Positions 1 to 10,406 are shown, counted from the stretch's first letter. The stretch: DNA of 64,000 nucleotides from Escherichia coli (GCF_003334815.1 NZ_QOWO01000018.1), one strand, 5' to 3'. Numbers and translations are program-made. The notes: generated by a model from the letters alone, not told the origin.

Positions 1-549
1 ATTTAAAATAAAATCGGTGTGGGCGTCGTCGAGCAAAATACGAAAACAGCTCTCTTCATCGCCCGCAAGGGTAAAGGTTAATTGATACGCCCAGTGGGTA
101 ATCACCGTGCTGCTGTCCAGCTTTAATTTCAGCGCAATACCGGAGGTTTGCAGATTAAATATCAGCGTGCAGATATCCAGCGCGAGTCGGTTCTTTAATC
201 GTGTTTCGGTTTTGGTCGGCAGGCCGTTATGCGCTTTCGCCTCTTCAAGAGACGACTCCAGACCATAAAAATTGCCCAGCAGCATTAACAGCAAGGAGCG
301 ATCAATATCAAACGCCAGATGCCCGACCTGGGAAATCATTAGTTCAGCGTTTTTATTAATAATATCCATTTCGCAGCCAATCTTTTTTAAGGTGATATTG
401 CTGCGATGCTTTTTGAGAAAGTAGCTGCCCAGATGCGAATCAATCACGTCAAAATTCCCCGTAAACAGGGTCGGCAGGTGATGGTAGGGGCGTCCGAGCC
501 GATTACCTTCTAATTTAAAGATGCCTGGCGTTTTACTGTACTTCAGCAT
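1..549 (-). CDS. lfiM: Flagellar motor switch protein FliM homolog (lateral flagellar type), N-terminal part only; gene continues past window start
   Basis: Minus-strand frame open from ATG at 549 to the window edge (183 codons, translated by hand); segment FYGLESSLEEAKAHNGLPTKTETRLKNRLAL resembles the FliM region FGGDGRFPTKVEGREFTHTEQRV; divergent from lafK as in lateral flagellar loci. Confidence 0.55.
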   Translation of the reverse strand, partial: MLKYSKTPGIFKLEGNRLGRPYHHLPTLFTGNFDVIDSHLGSYFLKKHRSNITLKKIGCEMDIINKNAELMISQVGHLAFDIDRSLLLMLLGNFYGLESSLEEAKAHNGLPTKTETRLKNRLALDICTLIFNLQTSGIALKLKLDSSTVITHWAYQLTFTLAGDEESCFRILLDDAHTDFILN

Positions 550-726
550 GGCTTACTTTCTCTGCTGTAATGGTATGGGCGATTTTGTGCACGCAAATCC
601 GGCAGTGACACAAGGTGAGGTATTAAATAGAGGGGGAGTGAAAGGGGCAAATTATTAATAGGATGAAAAAATAATTAAATTATTAAAGGGCTAGATATCA
701 GGCATCGTCATAACACATTGCACGAA

Positions 727-814
<88 letters not shown>

Positions 815-935
815 GATAACTCATTGTTTACCATAAAATAATATTTTTATTATCGTTTAATTCGAACTTGTTAATCCCGCCGGTGATACGCTTCACAATA
901 TCCTGTTTTCTGTCGCTACTGATATCGTTCACCCT

Positions 936-1922
936 ATGTCTGAACTTATTGCAACTGCCGCTTCCAGCATTAACGCTTTTACTCTGGCAAAGCGTGTCGC
1001 CGCATTTAACGTGCCGGTGCTCATTCAGGGCGAAACCGGCGCGGGCAAAGAATGCGTGGCGAAATATATTCACACCGTAGCCTTTGGTGAAAATGATAAC
1101 GCGCCCTATATCGGCGTGAACTGCGCAGCGATCCCGGAAAACATGCTGGAAGCTACATTATTTGGCTACGACAAAGGCGCATTTACCGGCGCAATTGCCA
1201 GTGTGCCAGGAAAAATGGAACTAGCGAATAACGGCACCTTATTACTCGATGAAATTGGCGATATGCCGCTGGCGCTACAGGCCAAAATATTACGCGTATT
1301 GCAGGAGCAACAGGTTGAGCGATTAGGCAGCAACCGACAAATTAAACTCAATTTTCGCCTGATTGCCTGCACCAATAAAAACCTTGAACAGGAAGTGGCT
1401 GCCGGGCGTTTTCGTGAAGATCTCTATTATCGTCTGGCGGTTATTCCTATTACCATGCCGCCACTGCGTGAACGTCTGAACGATATTATTCCGCTGGCAG
1501 AGTCATTTATAAAAAAGTACTCCACGGTGCTGGTGAAAAATATCACCCTTTCAGAATCTACCCGCCGGGCGCTGCTCAATTACCGCTGGCCCGGCAACGT
1601 GCGCCAGCTGGAGAACGCCATTCAGCGGGGAATGATTTTAAATCGCGACGGCGTGATTTACCCGGATGCCTTAGGCCTGCCGGAAACGGACGTTGCCGAC
1701 CGCAGCGAACTGCAATGGCCTGTTCAGCCCGCCGTCCACATTGCCGAAACCAGCGATTTGGGCCAGCACGGACGAAGCGCCCAGTATCAATATATCGCTG
1801 ACCTGATGCGTAAATATCAGGGCAACCGCAGCAAAATCGCCGACCTGTTAGGCATTACCCCGCGCGCACTGCGCTATCGACTGGCCTCCATGCGCAAGCA
1901 AGGTATCGAAGTTTTCTCCTGA
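936..1922 (+). CDS. lafK: Sigma-54-dependent transcriptional activator (AAA+ enhancer-binding protein), lacks N-terminal receiver domain
   Basis: Walker A GETGAGKE, GAFTGA loop (YDKGAFTGA), Walker B LLLDEIGDM, C-terminal Fis-type HTH (ADLLGITPRALRYRL); ATG at 936 with in-frame TAA at 858-860 upstream. Confidence 0.8.
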   Translation: MSELIATAASSINAFTLAKRVAAFNVPVLIQGETGAGKECVAKYIHTVAFGENDNAPYIGVNCAAIPENMLEATLFGYDKGAFTGAIASVPGKMELANNGTLLLDEIGDMPLALQAKILRVLQEQQVERLGSNRQIKLNFRLIACTNKNLEQEVAAGRFREDLYYRLAVIPITMPPLRERLNDIIPLAESFIKKYSTVLVKNITLSESTRRALLNYRWPGNVRQLENAIQRGMILNRDGVIYPDALGLPETDVADRSELQWPVQPAVHIAETSDLGQHGRSAQYQYIADLMRKYQGNRSKIADLLGITPRALRYRLASMRKQGIEVFS

Positions 1923-1936
1923 CCCGGAAGTTAAAA

Positions 1937-2278
1937 ATGAGCATTACCACAATCAACAGCACCATGCAGGCGCAAATCATGCAGGACGTGCAGCGGATGC
2001 AGGCCAACGCCCAGGCGCCGGTGCTACCCGCCATGACCTTCAGTTCCACAGACCCGGACGTGTCGTTTAACCGCATTATGTACGGCGCGCTTGGTCATGT
2101 TGATCAGTTCCAGCAGGTGGCGGAGCAGCAGCAAACGGCTGTCGACACGGGCAAAAGTGATGACCTGGCAGGTGCGATGATCGCCAGCCAGCAGGCGTCG
2201 CTCTCTTTCTCCGCGCTGGTGCAGGTGCGCAATAAAATCGCCACCGGGTTTAACGACCTGATGAGTATGTCGATCTAA
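1937..2278 (+). CDS. lfiE: Flagellar hook-basal body complex protein FliE homolog
   Basis: 113 aa, position between the sigma-54 activator and fliF; C-terminal ...RNKIATGFNDLMSMSI resembles FliE. Confidence 0.7.
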   Translation: MSITTINSTMQAQIMQDVQRMQANAQAPVLPAMTFSSTDPDVSFNRIMYGALGHVDQFQQVAEQQQTAVDTGKSDDLAGAMIASQQASLSFSALVQVRNKIATGFNDLMSMSI

Positions 2279-2282
2279 CCCT

Positions 2283-3929
2283 ATGAATGCACAAATAAAG
2301 AAGTTAACCCAGGCGTTTCCGGCGTTTCGACTGCGTCTCGTAGATAACAAACGCTGGGCGTTGATGGCGGGAGTGGGGCTTGCCGTGGCGGCGACGGCGA
2401 TTATCGTCAGCGTGCTGTGGACCGGTAATCGCGGCTACGTTTCGCTCTACGGACGCCAGGAAAATCTGCCCGTGTCGCAGATTGTCACGGTGCTGGACGG
2501 CGAAAAGCTCAGCTACCGCATCGACCCGCAGAGCGGGCAGATTCTGGTGCCGGAAGATGAACTGTCGAAAACGCGTATGACCCTTGCCGCGAAAGGCGTG
2601 CAGGCGATATTGCCCAGCGGCTACGAGCTGATGGACAAAGACGAAGTGCTCGGCAGCAGCCAGTTCGTGCAGAACGTGCGCTATAAACGCAGCCTCGAAG
2701 GGGAGCTGGCGCAGAGCATTATGTCGCTGGACGCGGTGGAGAGCGCGCGGGTGCATCTGGCGCTCAACGAAGAAAGCTCGTTTGTGGTCAGCGATGAGCC
2801 GCAAAACAGCGCCTCGGTGGTGGTGCGTCTGCACTACGGCGCGAAGCTGAATATGGACCAGGTGAACGCCATCGTGCATCTGGTTTCCGGCAGTATTCCG
2901 GGGCTGCAGGCCAGCAAAGTCAGCGTCGTCGATCAGGCGGGAAATCTGCTAACCGACGGCATTGGCGCGGGCGAGGCGGTCTCTGCCGCTACCCGTAAAC
3001 GCGATCAGATCCTCAAAGACATTCAGGACAAAACCCGCGCCAGCGTGGCGAACGTGCTGGATTCGCTGGTCGGCAGCGGGAATTACCGTGTCAGCGTGAT
3101 GCCGGATCTCGACCTCAGCACCATCGACGAAACTCAGGAACACTACGGAGACGCGCCGAAAATAAACCGCGAAGAGAGCGTGCTGGACAGCGACACCAAT
3201 CAGGTGGCGATGGGTGTGCCCGGCTCTCTCAGCAACCGTCCGCCGGTTGCGGCGAATCAGATGACCAACGGCACGGAAGAAAATCGCTCGCCGGAAGCGT
3301 TATCCAAACACAGCGAAAGCAAGCGCGATTACTCTTACGACCGCAGCGTCCAGCATATTCAGCATCCCGGCTTTGCGGTGAAACGCCTCAACGTGGCGGT
3401 GGTGCTCAATCAAAACGCCCCGGCGCTGAAAAACTGGAAGCCGGAACAGACCACGCAGCTTACCGCGTTGCTGAACAATGCCGCCGGGATCGACGCGCAA
3501 CGTGGAGATAACCTGACGCTTTCACTGCTTAACTTTGTCCCGCAGGTGGTCCCGGTCGAACCGGTGATCCCGCTGTGGAAAGATGACAGCGTGCTGGCCT
3601 GGGTGCGGCTGATTGGCTGCGGCCTGCTGGCGCTGTTGTTGCTGTTCTTTGTGGTGCGCCCGGTAATGAAACGCCTGACGGCGGTGCGTGCGCCGGTTAT
3701 CACACCAGAACCGGAAGCTGTCAGCGAACCGTGGATCGCTATGCCGGAAGAGGAGCGCAAAAACGTCGATCTGCCGTCGCTGCCCGGCGATGACAGCCTG
3801 CCTTCGCAGAGTTCCGGCCTCGAAGTGAAACTCGAGTTCCTGCAAAAACTGGCCATGAGCGACACCGATCGCGTAGCCGAAGTTCTCAGACAATGGATCA
3901 CCAGCAATGAGCGAATTGACAACAAATAA
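2283..3929 (+). CDS. lfiF: Flagellar MS-ring protein FliF homolog
   Basis: 548 aa, N-terminal TM segment, FliF-like length and synteny fliE-fliF-fliG. Confidence 0.85.
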   Translation: MNAQIKKLTQAFPAFRLRLVDNKRWALMAGVGLAVAATAIIVSVLWTGNRGYVSLYGRQENLPVSQIVTVLDGEKLSYRIDPQSGQILVPEDELSKTRMTLAAKGVQAILPSGYELMDKDEVLGSSQFVQNVRYKRSLEGELAQSIMSLDAVESARVHLALNEESSFVVSDEPQNSASVVVRLHYGAKLNMDQVNAIVHLVSGSIPGLQASKVSVVDQAGNLLTDGIGAGEAVSAATRKRDQILKDIQDKTRASVANVLDSLVGSGNYRVSVMPDLDLSTIDETQEHYGDAPKINREESVLDSDTNQVAMGVPGSLSNRPPVAANQMTNGTEENRSPEALSKHSESKRDYSYDRSVQHIQHPGFAVKRLNVAVVLNQNAPALKNWKPEQTTQLTALLNNAAGIDAQRGDNLTLSLLNFVPQVVPVEPVIPLWKDDSVLAWVRLIGCGLLALLLLFFVVRPVMKRLTAVRAPVITPEPEAVSEPWIAMPEEERKNVDLPSLPGDDSLPSQSSGLEVKLEFLQKLAMSDTDRVAEVLRQWITSNERIDNK

Positions 3930-4917
3930 GAGCAACAGCTACCTGGAACAGGCGGCGATCCTGCTGCTGTGTCTGGGCGAAGAGGCGGCGGCGACGGTGA
4001 TGCAAAAACTCAGCCGCGAAGAAGTAGTGCGCCTGAGCGAAAACATGGCGCGGCTTTCCGGCGTCAAAACCAGCATGGCGCGCAAAGTGATCAATAACTT
4101 CTTTGATGAGTTCCGCGAACAGAGCGGGATCAACGGCGCATCGCGATCCATGTTGCAGGGTATTCTCAACAAAGCCCTCGGCACCGAGATCGCCAGCAGC
4201 GTGATCAACGGCATCTACGGCGATGAGATCCGCTCGCGGATGGCGCGCCTGCAATGGGTGGAACCACGCCAGCTGGCGATGCTGATCTCCGAAGAGCATT
4301 TGCAATTACAGGCGGTGTTCCTCGCGTTTCTGACGCCGGAAATCTCGGCGGCGGTGCTCTCGTATCTCAATGAATCGGTGCAAAACGAAATTCTCTATCG
4401 GGTGGCGAAACTCAACGACGTTAACCGCGACGTGGTGGATGAACTGGACAGGCTGATCGAACGCGGCCTGTCGGTGCTCTCTGAACATGGCTCGAAGGTG
4501 AAAGGCATCAAACAGGCGGCGGATATCGTCAACCGCTTCCAGGGTAACCAGCAGGTGATCCTCGACCAGATGCGCGAGCGCGACGAAGAGGTGCTGGAGC
4601 AGCTCCAGGATGAGATGTACGACTTCTTTATCCTCAGCCGCCAGAACGAAGAGGTACGTCGACGTCTGCTCGACGAAGTGCCGATGGAAGACTGGGCGGT
4701 GGCGCTGAAAGGCACCGAAGCCCTGTTGCGGCGCTCGATTTACGCGGTAATGCCAAAACGTCAGGTGCAACAACTGGAAGCGATCACCGCGCGCCTGGGG
4801 CCGGTGCCGGTCAGCCGTATCGAACAGATCCGCCGCGAAATCATGGGCATCGCCCGTGAACTGGAAGAGGCGGGCGAAATTCAGCTACAGCTCTTTGCGG
4901 AACAGACGGCGGAGTAA
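3907..4917 (+). CDS. lfiG: Flagellar motor switch protein FliG homolog
   Basis: 336 aa; AAILLLCLGEEAAATVMQKLSREE resembles FliG N-terminus; synteny. Confidence 0.85.
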   Translation: MSELTTNKSNSYLEQAAILLLCLGEEAAATVMQKLSREEVVRLSENMARLSGVKTSMARKVINNFFDEFREQSGINGASRSMLQGILNKALGTEIASSVINGIYGDEIRSRMARLQWVEPRQLAMLISEEHLQLQAVFLAFLTPEISAAVLSYLNESVQNEILYRVAKLNDVNRDVVDELDRLIERGLSVLSEHGSKVKGIKQAADIVNRFQGNQQVILDQMRERDEEVLEQLQDEMYDFFILSRQNEEVRRRLLDEVPMEDWAVALKGTEALLRRSIYAVMPKRQVQQLEAITARLGPVPVSRIEQIRREIMGIARELEEAGEIQLQLFAEQTAE

Positions 4918-4920
4918 CCC

Positions 4921-5631
4921 ATGACCATTGAAACACTGCGCGGGCGCTATCGCCTGCACCGCTTCCCGCCGCGCCAGCGTGCGGTGACCGGAGAACCGCT
5001 CACCGCCAGCATTAGCGCCGCCGATTACCAGCGCCAGTTGATGGACGGTTTTCAGGAAGGGCTGCAAAAAGGTTTTGCTCAGGGAATGACCGAAGGTCAG
5101 GAGCAGGGCTTTAGCGAAGGTCATCAGCAAGGTTTTGCCGAGGGGCGACGCCAGGGCTACACCGAAGGCAGTCTCGCCGGGCAGCAGGAAGGGCGCAAAC
5201 AGTTTGTTGAGGCGGCGCAGCCGCTGGAAGCCATCACCGGTAAAGTGAACGACTTTCTCGCCCATATCGAACGTAAACAGCGGGAAGATTTGCTGCAACT
5301 GGTGGAAAAGGTGACGCGGCAGGTGATCCGCTGCGAACTGGCGCTGCAACCGACGCAGTTGCTGGCGCTGGTGGAAGAGGCGCTGGCGGCCTTCCCGGCG
5401 ATGCCGGAAACCCTGCAAGTGATGCTGAGTACGGAAGAGTTTAACCGCCTGCGCGACGCGGTGCCGGAAAAGGTCAGCGAATGGGGGCTGACGCCTTCGC
5501 CGGATCTGCCACCGGGCGAATGCCGGGTGATCACCGACAAATCCGAACTGGATATCGGCTGCGAGCATCGCCTTGAACAATGCATGACCGCGCTGAAAGA
5601 AACACTCACGCCGGAGTCGCAGGGTGAGTGA
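4921..5631 (+). CDS. lfiH: Flagellar export apparatus protein FliH homolog
   Basis: 236 aa; AxxxG repeat region (QEGLQKGFAQGMTEGQEQGFSEGHQQGFAEG) typical of FliH; precedes fliI. Confidence 0.75.
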   Translation: MTIETLRGRYRLHRFPPRQRAVTGEPLTASISAADYQRQLMDGFQEGLQKGFAQGMTEGQEQGFSEGHQQGFAEGRRQGYTEGSLAGQQEGRKQFVEAAQPLEAITGKVNDFLAHIERKQREDLLQLVEKVTRQVIRCELALQPTQLLALVEEALAAFPAMPETLQVMLSTEEFNRLRDAVPEKVSEWGLTPSPDLPPGECRVITDKSELDIGCEHRLEQCMTALKETLTPESQGE

Positions 5632-6961
5632 TTTTTCTGCGTTCGATAACGCCCTGCGCTCGCTGGAGTCGATCCCGCTGGCCCGCGTCGCCGGGCGGCT
5701 GGTGCGCCTTAACGGCATCCTGCTGGAGAGTGTCGGCTGCCCGCTAATGACCGGGCAGCTGTGCCGCATCGAAAGTGCCAATCACACGCTGATCGACGCG
5801 CAGGCCGTGGGCTTTAATCGCGACATCACCTATTTAATGCCGTTTAAACAGCCGGTCGGCCTGATGGCAGGCGCACGCGTCTTCCCGGAAGAAAAAGCCC
5901 ACGACATCCTGATAGGCGAAAGCTGGTTAGGCCGCGTGGTGAATGGCCTCGGCGAACCGCTGGATGGCAAAGGCCGCCTGAACGGCAACGACCTTCTGCC
6001 GCCGTTGCCGCCCTCGGTTAATCCCTTAACTCGTCGTTCGGTAGACGAACCGCTGGACGTGGGCGTGAAAGCGATCAACGGCCTGCTGACCATCGGCAAA
6101 GGCCAGCGCGTCGGACTAATGGCAGGCAGCGGCGTCGGGAAAAGCGTGCTGCTGGGGATGATCACCCGCCAGACCAAAGCCGATATCGTGGTGGTTGGGC
6201 TGATTGGGGAACGCGGGCGCGAAGTGAAAGAGTTTATCGACCACTCGCTGGGCGCGGACGGGCTGGCAAAGTCTATCGTCGTCGTCGCGCCTGCCGATGA
6301 ATCGCCGCTGATGCGTCTGAAAGCCACCGAACTGTGCCACTCCATCGCCGCCTGGTTTCGCGACCGCGGGCATCACGTCTTACTGCTGGTGGATTCCCTG
6401 ACCCGCTACGCGATGGCGCAGCGGGAAATCGCCCTCTCGCTCGGCGAACCGCCCGCCACCAAAGGTTATCCGCCATCGGCATTCGGCATGATCCCCAAAC
6501 TGGTCGAAAGCGCAGGCAACAGCGAAAGCGCGGGATCGATGACCGCCATCTACACCGTGCTGGCGGAAGGTGACGACCAGCAAGATCCGATTGTCGACTG
6601 CGCGCGCGCGGTGCTGGACGGGCATATCGTATTAACCCGCAAACTGGCGGAAGCGGGGCACTATCCGGCCATTGATATCGGCCAGTCGATCAGCCGCTGC
6701 ATGAACCAGGTCACCAGCCTGGAACATCAGCAATCCGCCCGCGCGTTAAAGCAAAACTATGCCGCCTATATGGAGATCAAACCTCTGATCCCGCTCGGCG
6801 GCTATGTGGCAGGTGCCGACGCCAGCGTCGACAAAGCGGTGAAAATGTTTCCGGCCATTGAGCGATTTTTGCGCCAGGAGATGCGCGAACCCGCCTCCCT
6901 CGAACTGGTGCAAAGCCGCCTGCAAATCCTCTTTCCTTGTGCCAAAAAGGCAGAACAGTAA
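5624..6961 (+). CDS. lfiI: Flagellum-specific ATPase FliI homolog
   Basis: 445 aa, Walker A GSGVGKS, F1/T3SS ATPase-like; GTG start overlapping fliH stop. Confidence 0.9.
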   Translation: MSDFSAFDNALRSLESIPLARVAGRLVRLNGILLESVGCPLMTGQLCRIESANHTLIDAQAVGFNRDITYLMPFKQPVGLMAGARVFPEEKAHDILIGESWLGRVVNGLGEPLDGKGRLNGNDLLPPLPPSVNPLTRRSVDEPLDVGVKAINGLLTIGKGQRVGLMAGSGVGKSVLLGMITRQTKADIVVVGLIGERGREVKEFIDHSLGADGLAKSIVVVAPADESPLMRLKATELCHSIAAWFRDRGHHVLLLVDSLTRYAMAQREIALSLGEPPATKGYPPSAFGMIPKLVESAGNSESAGSMTAIYTVLAEGDDQQDPIVDCARAVLDGHIVLTRKLAEAGHYPAIDIGQSISRCMNQVTSLEHQQSARALKQNYAAYMEIKPLIPLGGYVAGADASVDKAVKMFPAIERFLRQEMREPASLELVQSRLQILFPCAKKAEQ

Positions 6962-6963
6962 CT

Positions 6964-7398
6964 ATGCGACAAATCATCGACACCCTGGCGCAGTTGCAGC
7001 GCCTGCGGGATAAATCGGTCAAAGACAAAACCGTCGAGCTGGCAAAGCAAAAACAGATTTGCGCGGGTTATGACAACAATATCAAGGCGTTAGGCTACCT
7101 TGTCGAGAAAACATCTGCGGGTGCGGCGGTGTCGGTGGAATCGCTGAAAAACGTCAGCGGCTACAAAGGCACCCTGCGCAAGGTAATCGCCTGGCAGGAG
7201 CAGGAAAAAACGCTGGCCAATATCAAAGCCACGCGAATGCAGAAAAACCTCACGGCGGCGGCGTGCGAAGAGAAAGTAGTCGCCCTGACGCTGGACGACA
7301 AACGCCGCGAGCAACAAGAAAGCGCCACGGCGAAAGCGCAAAAAGCGGTGGACGACATCGCCGTGCAGTGCTGGCTGCGGCACAAATTAGCGGAGTAG
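6964..7398 (+). CDS. lfiJ: Flagellar export protein FliJ homolog
   Basis: 144 aa coiled-coil protein directly after fliI; ATG at 6964 follows the fliI stop (ORF track frame extends to 6937). Confidence 0.6.
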   Translation: MRQIIDTLAQLQRLRDKSVKDKTVELAKQKQICAGYDNNIKALGYLVEKTSAGAAVSVESLKNVSGYKGTLRKVIAWQEQEKTLANIKATRMQKNLTAAACEEKVVALTLDDKRREQQESATAKAQKAVDDIAVQCWLRHKLAE

Positions 7399-7400
7399 CC

Positions 7401-7796
7401 ATGAAAACGGTCATCACCTTCGGCACCTTCGATGTGTTTCATGTCGGTCATCTGCGCCTTTTACAACGCGCCCGCGCATTGGGCGAGCGGCTGCTGGTCG
7501 GCGTATCGTCCGACGCCCTGAACATCGCCAAAAAGGGCAGGGCACCGGTTTACCATCAGGATGACCGCATGGCGATCATCGCCGGGCTGGCGTGCGTGGA
7601 TGGCGTATTTCTGGAAGAGTCGCTGGAGCAAAAAGCGGAGTATTTGCGCGGGTACAGTGCGGATATTTTAGTGATGGGGGATGACTGGGCAGGGAAGTTT
7701 GACAGCTTTGCGTATATTTGTGAGGTGGTCTATTTCCCCCGCACGCCGTCGGTGTCGACGACGGGGATTATTGAGGTGATTAGAGGGCTTTTATAA
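7401..7796 (+). CDS. Glycerol-3-phosphate cytidylyltransferase-like protein (TagD/TarD family nucleotidyltransferase)
   Basis: 131 aa; HxGH signature FGTFDVFHVGH, MGDDWAGKFD and CEVVYFPRT..STTGI motifs as in CTP:glycerol-3-phosphate cytidylyltransferases; ATG at 7401 directly after lfiJ stop with GGAG RBS. Confidence 0.75.
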   Translation: MKTVITFGTFDVFHVGHLRLLQRARALGERLLVGVSSDALNIAKKGRAPVYHQDDRMAIIAGLACVDGVFLEESLEQKAEYLRGYSADILVMGDDWAGKFDSFAYICEVVYFPRTPSVSTTGIIEVIRGLL

Positions 7797-7821
7797 AGTA
7801 CTAAAACAGAGATGTATTTTC

Positions 7822-7905
<84 letters not shown>

Positions 7906-7913
7906 TGCGCGGT

Positions 7914-10358
7914 TTACCCCAGCGCCTCCACAATCACAATCGCCGCCCGTTCTCCCGCCTTGCCATCCATAAACGCATCGCAATAGTGATGGCGAATCTC
8001 CGTAAGCCGCGCCTGCACCGACCCCCAGTCAAACGCCTCTGACAACAAATAACGCAGTTCTGCAACATCATGAGCAACCGGCAATATTTCGCGGATTCGC
8101 TGGTCGGCGCTCTCTGCCGTGGAATAACTTTTCTCACCGTCGAGCAAATCATTCATGCCCGGAAAGTCGAGCAGGATCACCCGCTTATCAACGTGGATAG
8201 CATCGAAAATAAACCCGCTGTTATCGGTCAGCACGTAATCGGCTTTTGCCAGCAGCGCCAGCGTGTGGCGGGCGGAGTCGGTGCGCTGTTTTAAATGCCT
8301 GCGCACCAGGGCCAGCGATGCTGCTTCTTCCGGGCGTGAGCAGGTGCCATGGTGCAGTTTGCAAATCAGGTTCACATCACCGCTCAAGCGGCCCAATTTT
8401 TCAGCCCAGTGGGGCAGGGAGCTTAATGCGCCAAACGTTGGGGCATAGAGCACCGTAGGTTTACGGTAATCTGATTGGATGTTTTCCGGCAACGCGCGAT
8501 CGAACGTGCCGTTATGCCAGGCGTCGAAGCGCGGGTTGCCGACCACTTTTGCGCTGCCGAAATGCGCCAGCGCCTGCTGACTGTAGTGGCTATAACACAA
8601 AATGCTTTGGTAAAAACGATTCCAGTCGGCGTGGTTCCACGTCTCTTTGGCTAAGCCGTACATAGCGCGGATGTTCACCGCCGCCAGGCCATTGAGCGCA
8701 GGCGTGTGGTAGGGGCTGACCAGGCATTTCACCCGCTGACCATGTGTCTGCATTTCTGACAGACGCATACCTTTAAGCTGCGGATCGTCGATGTTTTTCA
8801 GTGTTTCCAGCATCTCATCAAGAAACGGTTTAAACACGCGGTCATTGATCACTAGTGTGCAGCTCTGCCCCTGCGCCTGTAGAGCGGTGATGATTGGGCG
8901 GTACAGCGTGTAGTGGAATGAGGTTTCCATAAAAAAGCCGATGGTATCGGCGATGGGTAATGTAGATGGCTTGGTGGCTACGGGTAACTTATTGAAATAG
9001 TGAGCAATATTATCAGTCGTTTTTTTCTCGATATCACTAAAACCCGGTCGCTGGTAGCAAAGGCTCGGGTAACAGGCCAGCCATTTGTCGGCGCGTAGCA
9101 GCGGCTGCCAGCAGGCTTCCAGCGAGTGCTCATCGTTGCTCATCTGCTGCGCCAGTTGCGGGTAGTAGCGGCTGTTCACCAGATACGCGCACACTTTGCG
9201 GCAGTCCCGCGCGTGCACCAGCCCCGGCAAACTTTTTAGCATCGTTCCCTGCGAAATTTCGCCACCGAGGATCATCACCTGCCAGGGAATTTTCGCCAGG
9301 CTCGCCAGCAGCGTGTTCAGTACCTGAATATGTTTCTCCTGCTTGAGAATAACCGCGTCATCTTCCAGCAGCAGGTAGTTTTGCCAGCCGTGCTGTTGCG
9401 CCAGGCGCAGCGCCTGTAAGTGCGACTGACGGCGGCCCCGTTGACCGTTTTCATCTTCACTGGCGGCAAGGCGGGTGATCTTCTCAGGTGGAATATGCAG
9501 CAATGCCAGTTCTTCACGGATCTGTTGTAAGCGATCCGGGCGTTTATCCAGATTCAGCAGAACGATCTGATCGATCGCCTGATGGTTGATCGCCTGGTGA
9601 TGAGTGGCGTTATGCAGACTCAGATAAGCATTGCGCAGCAGCGGATCGCGGACGATATCCGTAAGCGCCGCGTTTACTGGCGTGCTGGCCCCGAGAATAA
9701 AATCTTTATCAAAGGTGTTGTGACTATGCGAGATACACAGAATCGTGCGCTCGCCGGGCAGTTGCAGCGGGTTTACGCTGAAATTGTCGGTGAAACGTTT
9801 CTCTTCGCCTAAATTGCAATCATCGTCGTAACGGTGCTTTTTCAGGTAGTTACGGTGATAGCAAAAGGTGCCGTTGAGGATGTTATGCGGGCCAAAGCTG
9901 CGGCTTTGAAAGATGCGGTTGATGTGGCTGTACCAGATGGGGATCTGATCGGAGCCGGAGATGAGCGCCCGGTGTTTTTGCATCATGGCGATGGTGTAAG
10001 AGATTTTATCTGCCGGGTAGTAGTCGTCATCGTCCATGCAGAGGATGTATTCGCCGCGCGCCAGTTCGTTGAGCATGTTGCGTTTTTTGCCCAGCGGCAG
10101 TTTTTCCGGGTGATGGATGTAGCGGATGTTAAAGGCTTCCGGCGTGCCATTGGTCAGGCGGTCGATGATGTGTTGATGGCTTTGTGGGGAATCGTCGAGG
10201 ATGATGAGTTCGCGGCGGTCTGCCGGGTAATCCTGATAGCGGTACATATAGAGCAGGTACGGCAGGAATGCGCCGCGGTTCCAGGTTGGCGTGACGACGC
10301 TGACAAACGGTTTTTCGCGGTGGGTGTTGAGTGTTTTGATGATGGTTGGTGTTGGCAT
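7914..10358 (-). CDS. Large multidomain glycosyltransferase: GT2-like N-terminus, GT25-like middle region, TagB/TagF-like CDP-glycerol glycerophosphotransferase C-terminus
   Basis: 814 aa from ATG at 10358 (MPTPTIIKT); VSVVTPTWNRG...ILDDSP and ILCMDDDDYY (GT-A/DxD-like), central LNLDKRPDRL...LLLEDDAVI region, C-terminal ...YVLTDNSGFIFDAIHVDKRVILLDFPG resembling Glyphos_transf; ORF-track N-terminal extension to 10430 is read-through of a repeat and rejected. Confidence 0.7.
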   Translation of the reverse strand: MPTPTIIKTLNTHREKPFVSVVTPTWNRGAFLPYLLYMYRYQDYPADRRELIILDDSPQSHQHIIDRLTNGTPEAFNIRYIHHPEKLPLGKKRNMLNELARGEYILCMDDDDYYPADKISYTIAMMQKHRALISGSDQIPIWYSHINRIFQSRSFGPHNILNGTFCYHRNYLKKHRYDDDCNLGEEKRFTDNFSVNPLQLPGERTILCISHSHNTFDKDFILGASTPVNAALTDIVRDPLLRNAYLSLHNATHHQAINHQAIDQIVLLNLDKRPDRLQQIREELALLHIPPEKITRLAASEDENGQRGRRQSHLQALRLAQQHGWQNYLLLEDDAVILKQEKHIQVLNTLLASLAKIPWQVMILGGEISQGTMLKSLPGLVHARDCRKVCAYLVNSRYYPQLAQQMSNDEHSLEACWQPLLRADKWLACYPSLCYQRPGFSDIEKKTTDNIAHYFNKLPVATKPSTLPIADTIGFFMETSFHYTLYRPIITALQAQGQSCTLVINDRVFKPFLDEMLETLKNIDDPQLKGMRLSEMQTHGQRVKCLVSPYHTPALNGLAAVNIRAMYGLAKETWNHADWNRFYQSILCYSHYSQQALAHFGSAKVVGNPRFDAWHNGTFDRALPENIQSDYRKPTVLYAPTFGALSSLPHWAEKLGRLSGDVNLICKLHHGTCSRPEEAASLALVRRHLKQRTDSARHTLALLAKADYVLTDNSGFIFDAIHVDKRVILLDFPGMNDLLDGEKSYSTAESADQRIREILPVAHDVAELRYLLSEAFDWGSVQARLTEIRHHYCDAFMDGKAGERAAIVIVEALG

Positions 10359-10406
10359 GGTGTTTGGGTGAGTTAATGGGTGAATGTGATGAATGTGCGC
10401 GCTGAT

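Noticed and set aside
868-1080. 70-aa plus-strand ORF overlapping the lafK start in another frame
   Set aside because: Out-of-frame overlap with a strongly supported sigma-54 activator gene; low-complexity Leu/Ser-rich translation.
2304-2879. 191-aa minus-strand ORF inside fliF, and similar long antisense ORFs (3410-3925, 13805-14752, 16355-16960, 22632-23135, 44057-44509)
   Set aside because: They lie antisense to or overlap well-supported genes in GC-rich DNA, are Arg/His-rich with no recognisable motifs, and have no RBS context; typical shadow ORFs.
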